From sequence record SRR20825006_1611: 44,906 nt of DNA, one strand, 5' to 3'. Both the position numbers and the translations under genes were made by a program. The notes beneath the pieces were generated by a model. The model was given only the letters and a program-made list of their open reading frames with translations. It had not been told where the DNA came from and did no database searches. Every line of letters starts with the position of its first letter. Position 1 is the first letter of the stretch. This document shows positions 18,362-28,200 of this stretch, piece after piece.

Positions 18362-19879
18362 ATGAGTCTGTCGGTGGATCAGGTTCTGGACCGTGTTCGT
18401 GAGAATGTCGGGCTATTCGTTCGCGACGGTTCCCTGCGAGCGGACGAGCAGGGCGCTCGTTCTGTCACACTTCCTGCAATTTATCCTGAATGGTTGGGGG
18501 ATGCAGCCTTTGCGCAAGCGCATGGCGCGCGCTTCAACTATGTCGTCGGCGAAATGGCCCGCGGGATTGCGACGCCGAAGATGGTGATAGAAGCCGTTCG
18601 CGCGGGATGCGTTGGCTTCTACGGCAGCGCGGGGCTGAAACCTGAAACCATTGAAGAAGGCGTGCGCGAGATCAAGGCTGGTATCGTACCGGGGCAAACT
18701 GCTTGGGGCGCGAACCTGATCCACTCTCCGCAACAGCCGGGCTATGAAGCGCGCGTCGTCGATCTCTTTCTGGCAATGGGAGTCCGGCGGGTGTCGGCTT
18801 CAGCCTATATGAGGCTTTCGCCAGACATCGTCCGTTATACAGCGCTTGGTCTCACACGCAGCGCGGACGGCAAGGTCCAGCGCGCCAACCACGTATTTGC
18901 CAAGGTCTCTCGCGCGGAAGTTGCCACCCAGTTCATGCAGCCTGCGCCTGAAAAAATACTGAAAACGTTGGTTTCTGAAGGGAGCATTTCTGCCGAGCAG
19001 GCCGAACTTGCTTCGAGAGTACCAGTAGCGCTGGATATCACCGCTGAAGCTGACAGTGGCGGTCACACCGACAATCGTTCTGCCGCTCCGCTCTTTTCCT
19101 CGTTGTCTCTGGCGCGAGACCGTGTCGCTGCAGAAACAGGCATAGACGCAAATGCGATCCGTATCGGCCTGGGCGGGGGTATAGCGACGCCACATGGCGT
19201 GGCCGCAGCATTTCAGATGGGCGCAGCATATGTGTTGACTGGCTCCATCAATCAGGCCGCCGTAGAATCCGGCTTGTCTGAACCTGCGCGACAATTGCTG
19301 GCCAAGGCAGGGCCGGCTGATATCGGCATGGCTCCCGCGGCCGACATGTTTGAGCAAGGTGTCGAAGTGCAGGTGCTGAAGCGCGGTACGCTCTTCGCGA
19401 TGCGGGCACGCAAGCTGCACGCGCTCTACAAGTCTGGTATGTCTTTTGAAACCATGGACCAGAAAGATCGCGACTGGCTGGAAGGCGTGCTCGGGGAATC
19501 CTTCCAGAGCGCTTGGGAGCAGACGCGGACCTTCATCTCGGAGTCGAATCCAAAGGAGGCAGCCCGCGCCGAAACCGATGGCAACAAGCGGCTCGCGCTC
19601 GTTGCGCGTCGCTATTTGTTCATGGGGGCTCAATGGGCACGTGATGGTGCTCCTGACCGCGTTTCCGATTACCAGATCTGGTGCGGCCCGGCGCAGGGTG
19701 CGTTCAATGAATGGGTCGCTGGCACATTTCTGGAGCCCATCGAGAACCGCACAATCCGCCAGATCGCCCTGAACCTGATGGAGGGCGCGACGCGTCTGAC
19801 ACGCGCCGGACAGATGCGCGCCTGTGGGATTGGCGTGCCACCCTCAGCGTTCTCCTACACGCCTCGAAAGTTTCTCTGA
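18362..19879 (+). CDS. pfaD: PfaD-family enoyl reductase (FabK-like, FMN)
   Basis: GEMARGIA, NLIHSP, FAKVSRAEVA, EADSGGHTD, APAADMFEQG and DYQIWCGPAQGAFN motifs; AGGAAGG RBS before ATG 18362. Confidence 0.95.
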   Translation: MSLSVDQVLDRVRENVGLFVRDGSLRADEQGARSVTLPAIYPEWLGDAAFAQAHGARFNYVVGEMARGIATPKMVIEAVRAGCVGFYGSAGLKPETIEEGVREIKAGIVPGQTAWGANLIHSPQQPGYEARVVDLFLAMGVRRVSASAYMRLSPDIVRYTALGLTRSADGKVQRANHVFAKVSRAEVATQFMQPAPEKILKTLVSEGSISAEQAELASRVPVALDITAEADSGGHTDNRSAAPLFSSLSLARDRVAAETGIDANAIRIGLGGGIATPHGVAAAFQMGAAYVLTGSINQAAVESGLSEPARQLLAKAGPADIGMAPAADMFEQGVEVQVLKRGTLFAMRARKLHALYKSGMSFETMDQKDRDWLEGVLGESFQSAWEQTRTFISESNPKEAARAETDGNKRLALVARRYLFMGAQWARDGAPDRVSDYQIWCGPAQGAFNEWVAGTFLEPIENRTIRQIALNLMEGATRLTRAGQMRACGIGVPPSAFSYTPRKFL

Positions 19880-19906
19880 TACGATGAATGACAAGGCCAG
19901 CAGATC

Positions 19907-22900
19907 ATGAGCTCAAAAGCTGCCACTCCGATTGCCATTGTGGGCATGGGCGCAATCTTCCCGGGCCGGGGAGACGTGACCGGCTTTTGGCGCGATATTT
20001 TCGAAGGGCGGGATCTGTTGTCCGACGTGCCAGCAAGCCATTGGCTCGTGGATGACTATTATGACTCCGACCCGCTGGCGAAGGACAAGACGTACGGTCG
20101 GCGCGGTGGGTTCATTGATCCAGTTGCCTTCGACCCCCTGACGTTCGGCATCCCGCCCAAAACGATGGAAGGGACCGACACTGCGCAATTGCTGGCACTG
20201 ATCGCGGCCTATGCGACCTTACAGGATATCGAGCGGGACAGTGAAGGCCGGATCGACAAATCCCGCACCAGCGTGATCCTCGGCGTGGCGTCGGCGACAG
20301 AACTGACCGCTCATATGGCAGGCCGTCTGCAGCGCCCGGTCTGGGTCAATGCGATGCGCGAAGCAGGCATGCCAGAAAGCGAGGTTGTCGCACTCGCTGA
20401 GCGGATCGAGAACCATTATGTCGAATGGCAGGAGGCAACATTCCCTGGCTTGCTTGGAAACGTCGTGGCCGGGCGGATCGCCAATCGCTTTGACCTGGGC
20501 GGCAGCAACATGGTCACCGATGCCGCCTGCGCCTCCAGCCTGTCAGCCCTCAGCATCGCCCTGCACGAACTTCGCGCCGGAGACAGCGATACGGTCCTGA
20601 CCGGAGGTGTCGACGCACTGAACGATATCCTGATGTATATGTGCTTCTCGAAAACACCGGCCCTGTCGCCGACGGGCGACTGCCGACCGTTTTCGAATAG
20701 TGCCGATGGTACCATGCTGGGGGAAGGTATTGGCATGCTGGCGCTGCGCCGGTTGGACGATGCCGAGCGCGACGGCAACACGATACATGCGGTAATTCGT
20801 GGACTGGGTGGCGGTTCGGACGGGAAGGGGACGGCGATCTATGCACCGGTTCCTGAGGGACAGGCCCGCGCGCTTAAACGTGCCTATGTTCAGGCCGGAT
20901 ATGGTCCGGAAGCTGTCGACTTGATGGAGGGGCATGGCACAGGCACCAAGGCTGGTGACAAGGCAGAACTGGACGGCCTGCATCTCGTGTTCGGTGAAGT
21001 CAAATCAGACGAACCATGGTGCGCGCTCGGATCCGTAAAATCACAAATGGGGCATTCCAAGGCGGCTGCTGGCGTTGCGAGTCTCGTCAAGACTGTCAAC
21101 GCGCTCAGTCGTAAAGTCCTTCCGCCCACGATCAAGGTTGAGGAGCCCGCGGATGTCATCAAGGAAAGTAGTGCTTTTTACCTGAACACCGAACCCCGTC
21201 CCTGGATCACGACAAAGAAGCGACCGCGCCGGGCATCAGTCAGCTCATTCGGGTTTGGTGGAAGCAATTACCATGTGACCCTGGAAGAATATGTCGGCAA
21301 AACCGCAATACGGCCGTACCGGGTCTTTCCGGCGGAGCTTTTCCTGTTCAGCGCAGACACGCCCGACGCCCTCGCCACAGCAATAGAAGCCAGCGCATCC
21401 GGCGTGGATGACGCATCGCTGGCGTACGCCGCTTCACAAACACATGCGGGCTTCGAATCGAAAGCTCCAGCACGGGCTGCGATCATTGCTGAAACCGCAG
21501 ACGATCTCAAAACCAAGTCGGAGAGTCTCGCAAGCCAGATTCGGGCAGGGGAGGTAGGTATTCGTCCGTTCAAGGCCGATTGCTTTGCCTCATTCGATGC
21601 GCCTGTGGATGGCAAGATCGCCTTCATGTTCTCCGGTCAGGGCAGCCAATATGTCGGAATGGGCTCTGATCTGGCCATGGCGTTCCCGGAGGCTCGGGCA
21701 GTATGGGATCAGGCAGCCAGCCACAAGCGCACGGGCAAGCTGAGGCTCGACAAATTGTCCTTCCCGCCAGCGGCTTTCGATCAGGTTGATTTCGGCGCGC
21801 AGACCCAGACACTGACGGAAATGCAGCATGCCCAGCCAGCCATCGCAGCGGTGGCCTTGTCGCAGCTGGGCCTTCTGTCACAGCTCGGCTTGCAGGCAGA
21901 CATGGCCGCAGGCCACAGCTTCGGTGAGATCATGGCTCTGCATCTGGCTGGCGTGATGGATTCCGACACGGCCCTCACGGTGGCTGCGGAGCGTGGTGCG
22001 CTCATGGCCAAGGCGGCGGGCAACACCAAGGGCGCCATGTTGGCAGTCCAGACCGATTCCGCGACAATAGCGCCGGTATTGAAGAAGATCGGCCAAGGCC
22101 TCGTACTTGCCAATGACAATGGGCCGGACCAGGTCGTTCTGTCGGGTGCGCAAGACATTGTTGAAAAGGCAAGACTGGAGTGCGAAGCGCTTGGCCTGAA
22201 GGCTCGCATGCTGACGGTGGCGACAGCGTTCCATTCGGAGATTGTTGCCGAAGCCGTGCCGCCTTTTGCCAAAGTGCTTGCAAAACAGAAACTGCGCACG
22301 CCGAAGCTTGATGTCTTTGCGAATGCTACGGCGCAGAAATATGACGCCAAGGTCGCAGATCTTCCGGACTTCATATCCGATCAGCTAATCCAGCCGGTTC
22401 GTTTCCGTGAACAGGTTGAGGCGATGCATGCGGCCGGAGCCCGCGTGTTCGTGGAAGTCGGCCCTGGCGGCGTGGTCACGGGGTTGGTCGGCCATATTCT
22501 GGCTGGCAAACCCCATCTTGCGATCTCATTGGATCACAAACGCCGCAATGGCGTGAACCAGTTCCTCCTTGCCATCGCAACGCTCGGCGTCTCAGGCATC
22601 GACCTCGACTATGCCGGCCTGTTTGCAGAGCTTCCGGCCCAGCCGCCAAAGCCCGCGCCCTCCAGGCACGCCGTGAAGATTTCCGGCGGCAATTACAACA
22701 AGCCTTACCCTCCGGCGAATGGTGCGGCAGGCCGCGCTCCATCAAATCCGGAAAGGCCAGCAGTGCTGGAGAGCCCAGCCGCGCAATTCCCATCCACCAG
22801 CAATCCCGTTCAGGCGCAGTCTTCCCCACGCCCCGAGCACAAAGTCCTTCCAGAACAGACAGGCAGTCCTATGACCCAAGACCCATCCTCAAAAGGCCCT

Positions 22901-23839
22901 GAATACGCCGTGCAGCCCCGTTCCTCCGCTGCGCCCGCTGCAACAGTCTCTGAGCGGATCATGCATGAAGTTTCCCAGCGCCATGCAGACTACATGTCTG
23001 CCATGTCGACAGCGCATTCGGCTTTCCTGAATATGGCCGCCCAGATGGCGGGCCAGGCACCCCTCGAACCCGCACGTATTCACGCGCCCGTTGCCTTGCC
23101 AGCTCCTGCTCCAGTGCCAGCGGCGCCGGTCCAACCACAGCCTTCGGTCAGTGATGTGAAGCCAAATGGCGCCTATCGCGAAGTAGAGTCCGCAGCCGCT
23201 CCCGCGCCGATGGCGGTCCCTGTACCCGCGGCCCAACCCGCGCCCCAGCCACAAGCCTCCGTTCAGCCTGCTCCAGTGGTGGCTCCGGCTCCAGCACCCT
23301 CTGCATCAGGGGGAGATTCCATCAGCCTGGTCCGCGGCATCATCGCCGAGAAGACCGGCTATCCCGAAGACATGCTCGAGCCCGACATGGACCTCGAAGG
23401 GGAACTCGGCGTCGACTCGATCAAGCAGGTCGAGATCCTGTCGACCCTACGCGAACGCATGCCAAGCCTGCCAGAGATTGATCCGGAACAGCTCGTGGAG
23501 TTGCGCACGATTGCCGCGATTGCGGGCATGATCGACGCGTCGGGTGTCGCCTCGGCGCCTGTACCAGTAATGAGTGCGGCTCCGGCGGCTGTGACGGCCT
23601 CGTCCAATGGCGGCGTTACGGCCGACACGGTCCGGGCCCTGATCGCGGAGAAGACCGGCTATCCGGAAGACATGCTCGAAGATGACATGGACCTCGAAGG
23701 AGAACTTGGGGTCGACTCGATCAAGCAGGTCGAAATCCTGTCGGCCCTGCGTGACCAGCATCCGGAATTGCCGGAAGTCGATCCCGAAGTGCTGGCGGAC
23801 CTTCGCACCATCCGGGCCATCGCAGATTTTTTTGCGTAA
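19907..23839 (+). CDS. pfaA: PfaA-like iterative type I PKS/FAS: KS-MAT-linker-ACP-ACP
   Basis: KS: DAACASS, HGTGT, GHSK. MAT: GQGSQ, GHSFGE, AFHS. Two ACPs with LGVDSIK. No KR in this frame. Confidence 0.93.
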   Translation: MSSKAATPIAIVGMGAIFPGRGDVTGFWRDIFEGRDLLSDVPASHWLVDDYYDSDPLAKDKTYGRRGGFIDPVAFDPLTFGIPPKTMEGTDTAQLLALIAAYATLQDIERDSEGRIDKSRTSVILGVASATELTAHMAGRLQRPVWVNAMREAGMPESEVVALAERIENHYVEWQEATFPGLLGNVVAGRIANRFDLGGSNMVTDAACASSLSALSIALHELRAGDSDTVLTGGVDALNDILMYMCFSKTPALSPTGDCRPFSNSADGTMLGEGIGMLALRRLDDAERDGNTIHAVIRGLGGGSDGKGTAIYAPVPEGQARALKRAYVQAGYGPEAVDLMEGHGTGTKAGDKAELDGLHLVFGEVKSDEPWCALGSVKSQMGHSKAAAGVASLVKTVNALSRKVLPPTIKVEEPADVIKESSAFYLNTEPRPWITTKKRPRRASVSSFGFGGSNYHVTLEEYVGKTAIRPYRVFPAELFLFSADTPDALATAIEASASGVDDASLAYAASQTHAGFESKAPARAAIIAETADDLKTKSESLASQIRAGEVGIRPFKADCFASFDAPVDGKIAFMFSGQGSQYVGMGSDLAMAFPEARAVWDQAASHKRTGKLRLDKLSFPPAAFDQVDFGAQTQTLTEMQHAQPAIAAVALSQLGLLSQLGLQADMAAGHSFGEIMALHLAGVMDSDTALTVAAERGALMAKAAGNTKGAMLAVQTDSATIAPVLKKIGQGLVLANDNGPDQVVLSGAQDIVEKARLECEALGLKARMLTVATAFHSEIVAEAVPPFAKVLAKQKLRTPKLDVFANATAQKYDAKVADLPDFISDQLIQPVRFREQVEAMHAAGARVFVEVGPGGVVTGLVGHILAGKPHLAISLDHKRRNGVNQFLLAIATLGVSGIDLDYAGLFAELPAQPPKPAPSRHAVKISGGNYNKPYPPANGAAGRAPSNPERPAVLESPAAQFPSTSNPVQAQSSPRPEHKVLPEQTGSPMTQDPSSKGPEYAVQPRSSAAPAATVSERIMHEVSQRHADYMSAMSTAHSAFLNMAAQMAGQAPLEPARIHAPVALPAPAPVPAAPVQPQPSVSDVKPNGAYREVESAAAPAPMAVPVPAAQPAPQPQASVQPAPVVAPAPAPSASGGDSISLVRGIIAEKTGYPEDMLEPDMDLEGELGVDSIKQVEILSTLRERMPSLPEIDPEQLVELRTIAAIAGMIDASGVASAPVPVMSAAPAAVTASSNGGVTADTVRALIAEKTGYPEDMLEDDMDLEGELGVDSIKQVEILSALRDQHPELPEVDPEVLADLRTIRAIADFFA
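23342..23825 (+). repeat. Tandem duplicated ACP domains (300-bp period)
   Basis: atcgccgagaagaccggctatcccgaagacatgctcga.. at 23342 versus atcgcggagaagaccggctatccggaagacatgctcga.. at 23642; near-identical proteins. Confidence 0.92.
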
Positions 23840-23865
23840 GGGGCGGCGGGGCGCCCGCTGCGCTC
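23827..23865 (+). other. Candidate -1 programmed ribosomal frameshift signal
   Basis: In-phase heptamer T_TTT_TTT (23827-33), spacer GCGTAA containing the stop, GC hairpin 23840-23865; the -1 frame is open into the KR ORF. Confidence 0.62.
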
Positions 23866-23949
23866 TCCCGTCCCGTCCCGCCGGCCGTTCCGGTTCCCAC
23901 CTATGAGAGTTTCGTTCGGCTAGTCTCGCCCGGGTTTGCGCAGCCCTGG

Positions 23950-25290
23950 GTGGCCGCTCAGGACCTTTCGGCATGGGGGCCGTTTGCCGTATCGGCTGGG
24001 GCATTGGAGATCGCAACCGAACTGGTTCAGGCGCTCACCGGACGAGGTGCTCAGGCGGACCTTCTGGGCGATAGCGTTCAGGGTGTTCAAACGGTGATCG
24101 TAACCGAAGGCCTTTCGCATTTGCCGGTAACGGAACGACACTGGCAGGTTCTGGACATTTGCAAGCGGCTGTATGCGAGCGGTGCCCGGATTGTGATTCT
24201 GGAGCATGCGGGCGCTGGCGGTTTTGCGCAGCTTTGCGGTCTGAAAGGCCTCTCGCGTACACTCCGTCAGGAATGGCCTGATCGGTCCATAGTAACGTGG
24301 TCACTTCCTGCTGGCGTGTCGCTGAACGCACAGGCTGAACTGGTCCTTGCCGCCGTCGCCTCCAATGCTCCCGAGGCAGATCTTGATGCGGCGGGTACTT
24401 CGGTGATGGAGATCGGCGCCGCACCTAGGCTGGTGCAAGCCGCTCCAACAGATGCAAACGTCTGGTTTGTGCCGGGAGGTGCGCGCGGTGTGACCGCAGC
24501 CTGCGTATCCGAACTGGCGCGTCGACAAGCGGGATCGACCTTTATTCTGGCAGGCCGGTCCGGCATCACGCCCTGGCCAGAAGGATTGCAGCCAACAAGC
24601 GACGTGAAACTTGTCCGGGGTGCGCTGATCTCCGCAGCCAAGGCGCGCGGCGAAAAGCCTGCCTTGCCTTCCATTGATCGTCAGGCGCGCGCGCTGCTGG
24701 CAGGACAGGAAATTCGTCACACACTGGACGTCATCGCGGCGGCAGGGGCGGGGGCTGTCTATTTGCAGGTAGACATGTCGAATCGCGAGAGCGTTCTCGC
24801 CGCCGTTCAGAAGATTACGGCTGAGTGCGGGCCGATTACTGGCCTCGTGCATGGGGCAGGGGTGCTGGCAGATGGGCTTGCCCTGAAGAAGACGCGAGAA
24901 GATGTGGAATATGTCTTCGGGCCGAAGGTCGAAGGCTTGGCAAACCTGATCGCCGCTATCGACCTTTCGCAGCTGCGCCATGTCGGCCTGTTTTCGTCCG
25001 CCTCCGCCGTATTCGGCAATACGGGGCAGAGCGACTATGCGATGGCCAATGCCTGGCTTGGCGCCGTTGCGCGGAAGCTCGCAACGCAACTGCCCGCCGC
25101 GATCGTCAAGAGTTTCTGTTGGGGCCCTTGGGATGGCGGCATGGTCGACGCAACACTGGCGGGACATTTCGCAACACGCGGCATTTCGTTGATTGGCCTT
25201 CAGGATGGCGCGCGCATCTTTGCTGACCAGATTCTTCAGGGAGACAGGCAAGAAATCGAACTATTGATCGGGGATGAGTGGGCAGGATGA
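23950..25290 (+). CDS. PfaA-type ketoreductase (SDR/KR) module; frame open from 23755, possibly translated as a fusion to the upstream ORF
   Basis: GGARGVTAAC Rossmann motif, HGAGVLAD, FSSAS..GNTGQSDYAMAN and WGPWDGGMV. No convincing RBS at GTG 23950 and no C-terminal DH. Confidence 0.88.
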   Translation: MAAQDLSAWGPFAVSAGALEIATELVQALTGRGAQADLLGDSVQGVQTVIVTEGLSHLPVTERHWQVLDICKRLYASGARIVILEHAGAGGFAQLCGLKGLSRTLRQEWPDRSIVTWSLPAGVSLNAQAELVLAAVASNAPEADLDAAGTSVMEIGAAPRLVQAAPTDANVWFVPGGARGVTAACVSELARRQAGSTFILAGRSGITPWPEGLQPTSDVKLVRGALISAAKARGEKPALPSIDRQARALLAGQEIRHTLDVIAAAGAGAVYLQVDMSNRESVLAAVQKITAECGPITGLVHGAGVLADGLALKKTREDVEYVFGPKVEGLANLIAAIDLSQLRHVGLFSSASAVFGNTGQSDYAMANAWLGAVARKLATQLPAAIVKSFCWGPWDGGMVDATLAGHFATRGISLIGLQDGARIFADQILQGDRQEIELLIGDEWAG

Positions 25291-28200
25291 CGGGTGATTG
25301 CCGATTTGAGCCGATTGCTATTGTCGGCCAGGGCTGCGTGCTGCCGGGGGCCATGAGCCCGGCGGAACTTGGCGATCTCGTCTTTGACAAGCGCGTGGTC
25401 TACGGCCCGGTGCCTTCTGAGCGGCTTGGGCTTTCGGAAGCAGATGCAGCTTCCCGAAACTATGTATCCGGAACGGTGCAAGGATTCGAGGATATCTTCG
25501 ATGAGGATCGTATTCCGGTAGCGTGGCGCGCAGCTGCCAGGATCGACCCGGTTTGCGCCTGGTCCGTTCATGCCGCGTTGGATGCGTGGAGCAACGCACG
25601 TCGTCCGAAGGTCCGAAAGGGCCGCGCAGGTGTCTTTGTGGCCAATCTTTCCTACCCAAGCGCGGCGCATGCAGACTATGCCGCACGCCATTGGGCGGGG
25701 CAGGCGCTTTCGGAACCGCTTGCGACGTTCAATGCTTCTCTTCCGCCCCAACTGATCGCTCAGACGCTCGGCCTGTCCGGGCCAGCATTCTCGCTTGATG
25801 CGGCGTGCGCCTCATCGCTCTATGCGCTGGAGATCGCCTGTCGACGGCTTCAATCGCAGGCGATTGATTGCGCCGTCGTTGTCGGCGTCAACGCGGCCGA
25901 CAATCTGATCCTCCATATCGGGTTCGAGGCGTTGAAGGCACTCAGCCCGACCGGCCAGTCACGACCCTTCGTGAAGGGCGCAGACGGATTAGTGCCATCT
26001 GAAGGAGCGGTCTCGGTTGTCCTGAAACGCCTGTCTGATGTGAAGAAGAAGGATGTCGTTCACGGTGTTATCCGGGGCATCGGCCTCTCGAATGATGGTC
26101 GGCGCAAGGGTTTGCTCGCCCCGTCCGGCGAGGGCCAGACTGAAGCCATGACGCGCGCATACACAATGGCGGGCGTGGATCCGAAGAGCGTGTCCTATCT
26201 GGAATGCCATGCGACCGGCACGCCGACTGGTGACGGTGTCGAGGTGCAGGCATCGGCGGACATGTTCGCAGGCAACAAAAATCTCGCCATCGGATCCCTG
26301 AAGGCCAATACAGGGCATCTCATCACGGCGGCGGGCCTGGCCAGCCTCCTCAAGCTGACCGAAGCGTTCAAGCGCGAAGCCCTGCCGCCTACACCGATTA
26401 GAGGTAACCTGATCGAAGTTGCTAGCCGGAACGGTATGACAGTTCTGGGGGAGGCCGCATCGTGGGAGCCGCGTAACGGAATTCGCCGCGCAGCTATTAG
26501 CAATTTCGGTTTCGGCGGCAACAATGCGCATCTGATCCTCGACCAGTATAATCCGGAATCGGATTTGGTTGAGGCGCGGGAGGCCAAGCTGTCCGAGCAG
26601 GACATCGTGATCTGCGGGACAGGCCTGCTGGCGGGTTCTGACCGCGGGGCGGACGCCGTCACGCGCCGCATCATGAACCAGCCGATAAAGCCTGCCACAG
26701 CCTGCCGAAAGGTGGGCGCAGATCCGAAGACTGCGCGAACTCCGCCAACGGATTTGCTTGAGGCGGAACCTCAGCAGCTCGCCATTGTCGATGTGGTGGA
26801 AGAAGCGCTGCAATCGGTAAAGCCTGTCGCATCCGATCGGGTGGGCATTTTTACCGGCATGGGCTGTGCGTCAGATTCGGCGCGTTGGCTGTTTAGAGAA
26901 CGCTTGGCAAATCTGGCAAGATTACCCCGGAACTCCGAGGAGCTTGCCACTGCGCAGGCCCTCGTTGCGCCACCGCTTCATGCAGCCACCGTTCTAGGTG
27001 CCATGGCGAACATGACCGCCAATCGCGTGACCTATGCGCATGATTTCCAGGGCATGGGGTTCTCGGTGTCTGCCGAGGCGGCTTCCGGCCTTGCCGCGCT
27101 GGACCTCGCCGTCGAAGCGCTGCGCTTGGGTCAGCTGGATATGGCCATCGTGGCCGCAGCAGACTTTGCGACCGAACCGGTTCGTGCCGCTGCGCTCGCA
27201 GATATCGGCATTACAGTGCGACCTGGTGACCAAGGTGCGGCCATCGTCCTGAAGCGAAAAGACGACGCTGAAGCCGCATCGGATCGGAACTTCGGGTCTC
27301 TCCATGACGTCAACTGGTCTAAGGGCGGAGCGTCCGAAACAGGCGTCATAAATCGCGTATTCGGCAAGGCTCCTTGCGCCTCGGTCGTGTTCGAACTGGC
27401 CCTGCAAGCGCAGCTCTGCGCACGGGGGCATGTGCTGACGGCGGAAGGCGCGGTGCCGGACATACGGGAAACGTCTCTTCCGGTCGACATCTCGGTTGCA
27501 GCAACGCAGCTCAACACCGTTGGCTCCGTCACATTCGATCCTGCAGATGCGGTGCCCATACCAGATGCGCTGCGGCCGACACCCTTCCTGTTCTGGGCCT
27601 CGGCAAAAGACAAAACGACGCTCGCCGCGCGCGTGGCATCCGGCAAGACAGGGGGCAGGGGCAAATGCCGTATTGCGATGGTTGCGCCCACTGAGGAAGC
27701 GCTCGCTGAACAGTTAGATTCTGCGCAGCAGATGCTGGAGCAGGGCAAAGCCCCTGTCGGCGACGGCGTCCACTTTGGCGAAGGCAAGCCTGAGGGCGAA
27801 CTCGCCTTCATGTTCACTGGATCTGCGGCCGTTTATCCCCGCATGGGACGTGGTCTGCTCTCGGCCTTCCCGGAATTGCGCCAGCGTCTCGCCAAACTCG
27901 ACAAGGCGGACGAGATCGCCCCACTGCTCGCCAAGGCCAGCCTGACGGAATTTGAACAATTGTGCGCTGGCACGCTGATGAGCCAGGCCCACGCAATCCT
28001 GTTGCTGGACCTTCTCGGTCTCAAGCCAGATGCGGCGCTCGGCCTGTCGCTTGGCGAGAGCAACGCGCTGTTCGCTTTCGGCTTCTGGCGTGATCCCGGC
28101 GCTCTGCTGGACGAGATTTCCGATGCCGCCATGTATGAGCGCCATATCGGCGGCGAGTTCGAAACGGCAAAAGAGGCGTGGGGCCCGAACGTCCCGGCGG

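Noticed and set aside
22860-22900. Internal start MTQDPSS in pfaA giving a separate ACP protein
   Set aside because: Only a weak SD-like sequence precedes it and the region reads as an ordinary Pro/Ala-rich linker.
23050-23310. Low-complexity Pro/Ala repeats as a repeat array or CRISPR
   Set aside because: This is a coding interdomain linker with no fixed-length repeat-spacer structure and no cas genes.
23903-23923. ATG at 23903 as the start of the KR gene
   Set aside because: It is in the wrong frame and stops after 6 codons (ATG AGA GTT TCG TTC GGC TAG).
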